This document shows, in pieces, positions 55,951 to 61,504 of a DNA stretch of 61,504 bases (position 1 is the first letter of the stretch; every line of letters begins with the position of its first letter). Location of the stretch: IMG/VR virus record IMGVR_UViG_3300022074_000039, positions 1 to 61,504 of that record. One strand, written 5' to 3'. Below the pieces are notes generated by a model. It had not been told where the DNA came from and did not search any database. It saw only the letters and a list, made by a program, of their open reading frames with translations. A program made the translations under genes and the position numbers. The stretch comes from a virus. Lineage: Duplodnaviria; Caudoviricetes.

Positions 55951-56230
55951 TAAGTATTTTTTTTCGGTTTCTTGCGTGTCGTGGAAATCTCCACCTGAGT
56001 TCCCGTATCTCTGTCATGTCAAGCATCTTGCTCATGGCGTTTTGCACCCTAATAGGTTTGACCCTCTGTGATTCTGCAATCTCTCGCTTTGTGAAGCCTG
56101 ATGCCCACAGCGTCAGGTACGTGATCAATTCGTCTTTGGTTACGATAGAGCCTTTGGTTGCTCTGAAATGGTTGGCCTCGTTTATCACCAAGTCAACTTG
56201 GTCGAGGGTGTTTTGGGAGAGCTGTATCAA
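55919..56230 (-). CDS. HTH protein (LuxR/sigma region 4-like)
   Basis: L.ASGFTKREIAE...V....V.N; start uncertain (TTG). Confidence 0.55.
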   Translation of the reverse strand: MIQLSQNTLDQVDLVINEANHFRATKGSIVTKDELITYLTLWASGFTKREIAESQRVKPIRVQNAMSKMLDMTEIRELRWRFPRHARNRKKILNDQSRSRSIC

Positions 56231-56390
56231 TGTTATTGAGTTTACGTTTGTAATTAATTTTAACTTGTGAGTAGACGTGTTGTATCCACTCGTTGTAATC
56301 CTTCGCGGGATCTTCGTTTGCACTACTCCTCACACAGATGGTCGAGGTAGTCAATCCATTCGAGGCCGTAGATTTCTTGGAGTTGTTCAT
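56193..56390 (-). CDS. Hypothetical protein
   Basis: ORF; DYNEWIQHV; start uncertain. Confidence 0.4.
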   Translation of the reverse strand: MNNSKKSTASNGLTTSTICVRSSANEDPAKDYNEWIQHVYSQVKINYKRKLNNIDTALPKHPRPS

Positions 56391-56393
56391 GTG

Positions 56394-56801
56394 TCATGCT
56401 GCTTTTTCTGTTCCAATCTTTTCTATGGTTTTGTCAATCAGGCTATCAAGCATAGCTCCGAGGTCTTTGTGCCAGTGGTCCGCACCCAAGTCCTCCACCT
56501 TCATCTTGACTAAACGCACGTTGTCGTGGTCCCCCGTGAATTGGGCAACAGTATCAAAGAAGCTACCGTAGAACGAGGAGATTGAATGCTCGTCGCACTC
56601 GTAGTTGCCGTCATCGTCGTACATCTCTTCGCTCTCGATGATGTTGCATCCACCGTTGTTGTAGACGTCGTAGTAGATTCGGCTGATGGCTCGGAGTGCC
56701 TCGCCTTCGCTAGTGGCTGCTCTGCCTGTGTCGGGTACAAGTGCCTTCCAGTATGCGTTGTACTCCTGTTGGTATCGTCCTTGTTCGTTCCAGTATTTCA
56801 T
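56394..56801 (-). CDS. Conserved hypothetical early protein
   Basis: YWN..G.YQ, LVP..G.A.T..GE.LRA..RIYYD.YNNG. Confidence 0.8.
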   Translation of the reverse strand: MKYWNEQGRYQQEYNAYWKALVPDTGRAATSEGEALRAISRIYYDVYNNGGCNIIESEEMYDDDGNYECDEHSISSFYGSFFDTVAQFTGDHDNVRLVKMKVEDLGADHWHKDLGAMLDSLIDKTIEKIGTEKAA

Positions 56802-57043
56802 TGCTCTAAGTTTTTGATTAGTTTTTCTTCCAACAGGTAGTACATAGTTTCTGTAATGGCATCCGAGATTTTCTCCATCAGCCAGTCATTGTCATCGAGC
56901 GCACTTGTAAGAACCTTCTTCATGTCTTGCTCGCTCAGGGTGATGCCCGTCTGTCCTGTCAATCTTTCGACATCTCGTATGTCCCATTGCATGGACGGAC
57001 CTACAAAGACACCTGCGTCATTAATTAGAGGGTATTTATTCAT
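56798..57043 (-). CDS. Hypothetical protein
   Basis: Start MNKYPLIN overlaps the previous stop. Confidence 0.7.
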   Translation of the reverse strand: MNKYPLINDAGVFVGPSMQWDIRDVERLTGQTGITLSEQDMKKVLTSALDDNDWLMEKISDAITETMYYLLEEKLIKNLEQ

Positions 57044-57240
57044 TGTTGTGAAGGCATTTGAATGTTGTCTTGTTCGAAGAACACGAGGCTGTAATGCTCG
57101 TCCCACGTAGTACCGCAGTTGTGGCACTTGACGTCGAAGTACACAGCATCGGGGTCGTACTGGTCTTTCAGCGTGCTGTAACTGATGTGGCTGTCAGCCT
57201 TGCAGTTTGGGCATACGCCTTGTAGTGGGTCTTTTATCAT
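57040..57240 (-). CDS. Zinc-ribbon protein
   Basis: CPNC...CHNC. Confidence 0.75.
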   Translation of the reverse strand: MIKDPLQGVCPNCKADSHISYSTLKDQYDPDAVYFDVKCHNCGTTWDEHYSLVFFEQDNIQMPSQQ

Positions 57241-57434
57241 CGGTCTATTATTACTTCTTGTATTGCATCTGAAAGGGCGTCTTCCATCTTAGCTACCACA
57301 GTTTCAATTTCACTGAATGAAAGTTCCTGTTGACAAGCATATAGTATGGCAGTCAGCCTCTTGTATGCACCTGTGTCATTGAATGCTGTGCTGATGCGCT
57401 CCAGTAATTGGTCGGTTTGTTTTTTTGTCATCAT
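57237..57434 (-). CDS. Hypothetical protein
   Basis: ORF coupled to the next gene. Confidence 0.65.
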   Translation of the reverse strand: MMTKKQTDQLLERISTAFNDTGAYKRLTAILYACQQELSFSEIETVVAKMEDALSDAIQEVIIDR

Positions 57435-57453
57435 GTCTTGTAGGTTGAGGTTA

Positions 57454-57660
57454 TCATTTCTCGTTGTGGTTTATAGCGCATAAGCGCAGTTCATGCATTT
57501 CTTGTTCTGTATTGGCTTTGAAGTCAAAGCGTTTCCATGATATTCCGTCGAATGTAAAGTCATAGAGGTCTTCGTGAAGCTCGGTATCATGCACCTCGAT
57601 TACTACGAGTGCATCATCGGGGTATCCCGCCATCAGGTCAATTAGTTCTTTCTTTGTCAT
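57454..57660 (-). CDS. Hypothetical protein
   Basis: MT.KELI..L..YP.D..V N-terminus common in phage early genes. Confidence 0.75.
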   Translation of the reverse strand: MTKKELIDLMAGYPDDALVVIEVHDTELHEDLYDFTFDGISWKRFDFKANTEQEMHELRLCAINHNEK

Positions 57661-57824
57661 AGTCGTGGTAAAAAGTGTTCGTCATTAGCCAAGATTCCCA
57701 AGATGTCGTGTACGATATCCTGTGATCGTATGTTTGTGTCTGTGTCGTTGGCTGTGTTAGCCACACGCTGTGCCCATTGGCGGAAGATTTCGAATTGTTC
57801 GTAGCTCATAGTGTTGCTATTCAT
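57657..57824 (-). CDS. Hypothetical protein (55 aa)
   Basis: Read by hand; ATGA overlaps at both ends. Confidence 0.6.
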   Translation of the reverse strand: MNSNTMSYEQFEIFRQWAQRVANTANDTDTNIRSQDIVHDILGILANDEHFLPRL

Positions 57825-57976
57825 GTGTTAGAGATTGGTTGAATGTTGTCCCAATCGCGGTTTATCTCAATCGGGAGTTTGTAGTAAGTATTGGTCACGG
57901 GGTCTACCCAAGTTTCGTATTCACCTGCAAAGGTTTCTTCTACGTACTCAAGTCTGTTGCGGATGTATTGTTCCAT
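57821..57976 (-). CDS. Hypothetical protein (51 aa, MEQYIRNRL...)
   Basis: Read by hand; TAACAC-ATG start context. Confidence 0.6.
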   Translation of the reverse strand: MEQYIRNRLEYVEETFAGEYETWVDPVTNTYYKLPIEINRDWDNIQPISNT

Positions 57977-58128
57977 GTGTTAGAGTTTTGAGTTAATGTG
58001 GTCGGCTTTGTTTATCCCTTCTATCCACGCCACGCAGAGTTTCTCTCTCGTAGGTGCAAGCCTCATGATTCCATAGCTTACACCACAGGTAATGGTCTTC
58101 CTGGTGATTTAACGTGTCGCTCAGTGGT

Positions 58129-58170
58129 TCAGGTATCGACTTAGCTCACCTACCTGATTTAATGGTGAGT
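58129..58170 (-). ncRNA. H-type pseudoknot element (right copy)
   Basis: CTCACC/GGTGAG and TCAGGTA/TACCTGA; compensatory relative to the left copy. Confidence 0.6.
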
Positions 58171-58174
58171 ACCG

Positions 58175-58341
58175 TTGTAGCGATAGTGGGAGTCGAACCC
58201 ACCTTCGGACTTGTCCGCCCCTCTGCCGAGGTTATCGAAGGCTACCTTTGAACCTTTCAGGTGAGTTAAACCCACCAAGACCTTCGAGGCGAATTGCTTC
58301 TGATGTCCATCCCTTGCGTTCATACAAGGACATTATCGCTA
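58175..58341 (-). ncRNA. tRNA-like structured RNA (right copy)
   Basis: Same closing stem; T-loop TTCGACT; hairpin CCTTG/CAAGG versus CCCTG/CAGGG in the left copy. Confidence 0.65.
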
Positions 58342-58348
58342 TGTTTGA

Positions 58349-58588
58349 TTATTCTGAAGGAAGACCATTGCATACGTTGTCCCACTCGTCCTTCGGGATG
58401 TCGTGCCAATCAGTCCAGTACATAAACTCGTCTTCGAACGCCTCATGCAGTGTGGTGTATTCGTGTTCTTGACAGATGCGGAGGGCGTCCTTTTCGTACT
58501 TGACGTAGAAGAATCCAATTCCTTCGAAATACCAACCCTCCCACATGGGTTCGTTGGTGATTGAGCAGTATCGGGGTGCGTTTTCCAT
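58349..58588 (-). CDS. Hypothetical acidic protein, present only in the right repeat copy
   Basis: R.CSIT...M.EG...Y.TDW motif; between promoter and ncRNA. Confidence 0.8.
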   Translation of the reverse strand: MENAPRYCSITNEPMWEGWYFEGIGFFYVKYEKDALRICQEHEYTTLHEAFEDEFMYWTDWHDIPKDEWDNVCNGLPSE

Positions 58589-58620
58589 GTGTTAAAGATT
58601 TTGATTGCTGAATTGCCCCA

Positions 58621-58652
58621 CAAAGATAAGGCAGAGTTTTCGTTATTCCAAA
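58621..58652 (-). promoter_or_regulatory. Bacteroidota sigma-A type promoter
   Basis: TTTG-N20-TATCTTTG. Confidence 0.85.
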
Positions 58653-58667
58653 TTTATTTTTGTAACT

Positions 58668-58928
58668 CTATGAGTTAGAGTCACTTACAGACACCCCATC
58701 GACCTGATGAGAGTAGCACCAATGACCATCGTCAAGTGTGAGTACGTAGTTGTCTTGTAGGTGTAACACCTCATCCACTTCGTTCCCGTACTTCTCGCTT
58801 GGATGGTAGGTTTGTTCGATGGCTACAACGCCTGCTACGGTTCTGGCGTTACGCCCAAAGCCTCCGCGATACACGACTTTAGTGCCTATGCGGATTGGTA
58901 ATCGTTCGTTCAAAAATTGTGTTTTCAT
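58668..58928 (-). CDS. Repeat copy of 385-645
   Basis: Near-identical protein. Confidence 0.75.
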   Translation of the reverse strand: MKTQFLNERLPIRIGTKVVYRGGFGRNARTVAGVVAIEQTYHPSEKYGNEVDEVLHLQDNYVLTLDDGHWCYSHQVDGVSVSDSNS

Positions 58929-58929
58929 T

Positions 58930-59046
58930 TCATATATCGTTTTCATATTCATATGCTCGGTCTGCTTCTTCCATGATGTCATACTCATATGCATCATCGT
59001 CATCGCTTGGGTAGTCATACCCTTCTCTCCATTCAGTCAATTTCAT
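58930..59046 (-). CDS. Repeat copy of 647-763
   Basis: MKLTEWREGYDYP... Confidence 0.65.
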   Translation of the reverse strand: MKLTEWREGYDYPSDDDDAYEYDIMEEADRAYEYENDI

Positions 59047-59212
59047 TGTCCCTGATTATAGTTAAGTCGAAACGTGTTCCCTTGAAAGCATCTTCCAATA
59101 TCTTGGAGTTGCCACCATCGGCTTGCATATATGCGCAGATCAATGCGTTTTCGAATCCGCCACACGTCTTACGCCGTTCGTATAAGGCGTTGATTTGTTC
59201 TTGAGTTTTCAT
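59033..59212 (-). CDS. Repeat copy of 732-929 (59 aa)
   Basis: Earlier TGA stop. Confidence 0.65.
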   Translation of the reverse strand: MKTQEQINALYERRKTCGGFENALICAYMQADGGNSKILEDAFKGTRFDLTIIRDNEID

Positions 59213-59361
59213 TGTATTGAGTAGTTAACAAGGTTAATATTCGTTTTGTTTGAGAATGCTTCTGCGACTAAGGCACAGCCCCCGTAATCACGAGTATCTG
59301 TGAAGTATGCATATGCATCAATGAGTTCGGGAATCGTGAACTCCATAAAGTGGTTTATCAT
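59209..59361 (-). CDS. Repeat copy of 926-1078
   Basis: Identical sequence. Confidence 0.6.
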   Translation of the reverse strand: MINHFMEFTIPELIDAYAYFTDTRDYGGCALVAEAFSNKTNINLVNYSIQ

Positions 59362-59372
59362 CGTGTTAGGCG

Positions 59373-59768
59373 TTAGCAGTACATTACTTCTCCGAAGAGC
59401 GACAGCTGAAGGAATACGTCTGCCGTAGTGGCATCGTCATTCTCCTGAATCAAATCATCGAGATGATGGGGGTAATCGTTAGCCATCAGTTGCATTGCCT
59501 TACACATGGAGTCCCAATTCAAGGGATAAACACCATCGGAGAACTCATCGGCTATCAGCACTTGGTGCTTTGCGTTACCCCTTAGGTATGCAAACACCTG
59601 AGGCTCCCAACATTCGGGAATATCCAAGTCAGCCAACGCTTCGGGGTTCTCTTTAGCCCACTTGTAGGCTTTTTCAAGTTCACCGTCGAGGGCGGTGTAG
59701 TCACGGTATGATGCATTACACATCATGTTAAGCATATGCGTATCGGGGATTTCAACAGTCAATTTCAT
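59373..59768 (-). CDS. Repeat copy of 1090-1485
   Basis: Identical translation. Confidence 0.75.
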   Translation of the reverse strand: MKLTVEIPDTHMLNMMCNASYRDYTALDGELEKAYKWAKENPEALADLDIPECWEPQVFAYLRGNAKHQVLIADEFSDGVYPLNWDSMCKAMQLMANDYPHHLDDLIQENDDATTADVFLQLSLFGEVMYC

Positions 59769-60079
59769 TTGATTGGGATTTCGAAGTTTGGAACGCCTAA
59801 GGTGTAGCCTTGGCGTGAGTCGTGGAGAATGAGCATCGGATGGATGTCGATGGGATTGCCATCGCCCCAAACGTCGATGCCCTCTCCAATCACACCTTTT
59901 TCTTGTAGGTATGTATATGCTTGTGTCAGGATATTGCCTGTCGCATAATCGTAAGGCAAGAACTTGGTGACGTTGTTACGTTCATCCTTGATTCTAACCC
60001 TTGCACCTCTGGTGTTAGTCGGACCGTAGAACTGAACGTGTATGGAACGGAGTCGGGGGATTGAAGCATTAAAAGGCAT
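59765..60079 (-). CDS. Repeat copy of 1482-1796
   Basis: Identical translation. Confidence 0.8.
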   Translation of the reverse strand: MPFNASIPRLRSIHVQFYGPTNTRGARVRIKDERNNVTKFLPYDYATGNILTQAYTYLQEKGVIGEGIDVWGDGNPIDIHPMLILHDSRQGYTLGVPNFEIPIK

Positions 60080-60123
60080 AGTGTTAAAGATTTTGATTGG
60101 ACAGCGTCGTTGCTGTCGCGTTA

Positions 60124-60156
60124 ATAAGTTAAGGATGAAAATTCGGAACTTCCAAA
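60124..60156 (-). promoter_or_regulatory. Repeat copy of promoter 1841-1873
   Basis: Identical sequence. Confidence 0.65.
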
Positions 60157-60165
60157 TTTATTTTT

Positions 60166-60792
60166 TTACCCTATGGGTATCGATTCGGTTTTTAGCCATC
60201 GGTTACGCATCACGACCCATACGATGGCCTGAAGCTCGTAAGGCTTATAATCAAGGCGTAACGCGACATTCACGAAGTGAGTTTGGAATCGGTCGTACTG
60301 CTTTAGGGTGAAGGTCTCAGGCGTTTTCCTTGGCTTCAACGAAGTTGTGCTGAAGGCTCTTGCCATCCACTTGTCAAGCGTTACGACTGACTCGTCACGA
60401 TCCCCCACGTTTAACGCAAAGGCATACGTCTTAGGCGAGTCCTTGGTGATGGATACAGCTCCACCACGAATACCCCAAGCCCTGACCTTGTTAGCGTTGT
60501 AAGTGCAAACCTTGAAGTCGTCAAGCGTCAGGCCATCTGCATATGCCTGACACAAAGTCCAAGCGTCAACCTTGTTGCGAGGCCACTTGTTGTTTGGTGA
60601 TAATGCCGAGATGATAGCGGCGGCCATTACTCTGGTAATGCTGAAATCATCTGACAGCAACTGAGCAAAGGCCATCGCGTCATCGTACCACTCGATTCCA
60701 TCGCGTAACTCCTGAGGCGTGGCTCGCCTTAGGTGTACTGCAATGCGCTTCGTGGCATCGTTGAGTTTGATGTTTGAGATTGATGTTACCAT
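60166..60792 (-). CDS. Repeat copy of 1883-2509
   Basis: Identical translation. Confidence 0.6.
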   Translation of the reverse strand: MVTSISNIKLNDATKRIAVHLRRATPQELRDGIEWYDDAMAFAQLLSDDFSITRVMAAAIISALSPNNKWPRNKVDAWTLCQAYADGLTLDDFKVCTYNANKVRAWGIRGGAVSITKDSPKTYAFALNVGDRDESVVTLDKWMARAFSTTSLKPRKTPETFTLKQYDRFQTHFVNVALRLDYKPYELQAIVWVVMRNRWLKTESIPIG

Positions 60793-60867
60793 GTTATGGT
60801 GATTTAATGGCAACAAAAAAGCACTCCGTAGAGCGCCTTTTCGTGTGCCGTGTTATACATATACGCC

Positions 60868-61023
60868 TTACTCGTCTTCTAGATGTTCATTGAGCAAATC
60901 AATAGCACCTTGGACTGCTTCGTCATCTTGACTGAAGAATTTTGAACTGCTGTCTAAGTTGAACAATTGGAATTCTTCCAATTTATCAACTAACTGCTGA
61001 ATTTGTTCTTTTGATAATTGCAT
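60868..61023 (-). CDS. Repeat copy of 2585-2740
   Basis: Identical sequence. Confidence 0.65.
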   Translation of the reverse strand: MQLSKEQIQQLVDKLEEFQLFNLDSSSKFFSQDDEAVQGAIDLLNEHLEDE

Positions 61024-61061
61024 AGCAAAGAAATTTTTGAAGGTTTAATATTAATCTACGA

Positions 61062-61504
61062 TTAGAAATTCAATTCGATTTGACCTGTTGTTTCATCCGT
61101 GTTGATTGACGCTAACAACTCCGCTTCTAACGCCTCACGCTTGGCTTGCTGGATGGCTTGTCGTCGGACGGCATCCTGAGGTGACTCCCCTTCGTTTAGG
61201 CTGAAAGCACATTCATTCGGAATCGAGCCGTTATGTTGCTTCTTTTGAGCAACCTTAGCAGCCTTGGCTGCCGCATTACGCTTACCAAGGCTTTCAACAG
61301 CCTTCCTCGCCTTAGGCACTGAGGCCGTCTTACGCTTCGACTTGGTGATGGGGCCGACCTCCTTCGGTTGGCGCTTCATCTCATCGGAATCGGCGACAAT
61401 CTCAGAAGGGGTACGTTTGGTTGACGTGGCCTTCTTCGCCTTACGCTTCGCCTTACGCTTGGCTTTCGGTTTCGGCTCGGCTTCCGTAGGGATTTGAACC
61501 AAAC
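61062..61504 (-). CDS. Partial repeat copy of the Lys/Ala-rich protein (truncated by the window end)
   Basis: Identical to the 3' part of 2779-3465. Confidence 0.75.
   Translation of the reverse strand, partial: LVQIPTEAEPKPKAKRKAKRKAKKATSTKRTPSEIVADSDEMKRQPKEVGPITKSKRKTASVPKARKAVESLGKRNAAAKAAKVAQKKQHNGSIPNECAFSLNEGESPQDAVRRQAIQQAKREALEAELLASINTDETTGQIELNF

Larger units (their letters stand above)
58066..61504 (+). repeat. Right copy of imperfect direct terminal repeat / circular overlap
   Basis: Matches 1-3221; 218 bp longer because of an extra gene. Confidence 0.95.

Overview
The window looks like an essentially complete ~58.2 kb tailed dsDNA phage genome followed by a ~3.2-3.4 kb imperfect direct repeat of its start (1-3221 recurs at 58066-61504). 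The host is very likely a Bacteroidota (probably flavobacterial) species. Evidence for this: TTTG-N20-21-TAnnTTTG promoters, A-rich starts without Shine-Dalgarno sites, and type IX secretion (T9SS) C-terminal signals. A minus-strand arm of small early genes and a replication/recombination module (primase-helicase, endonuclease I-like resolvase, exonuclease, SSAP, SSB; no recognisable DNA polymerase or integrase) diverges from a plus-strand late arm. The late arm encodes an endolysin, tandem GroES, terminase, two tRNAs, portal, fibres, scaffold, capsid, short-tail proteins, probable ejected proteins and a holin. Most unusual items: (1) a five-gene module among the late genes with two Cys-repeat T9SS cargo proteins, a beta-barrel outer-membrane protein and a secreted thioredoxin-fold protein lacking CxxC; (2) a large structured non-coding region with a tRNA-like acceptor stem/T-arm and an H-type pseudoknot, supported by compensatory changes between the two repeat copies; (3) a tail gene split by a single in-frame TAG and by an EF-hand/dockerin-like insertion. 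All functional calls come from motif recognition by eye; no searches were run.
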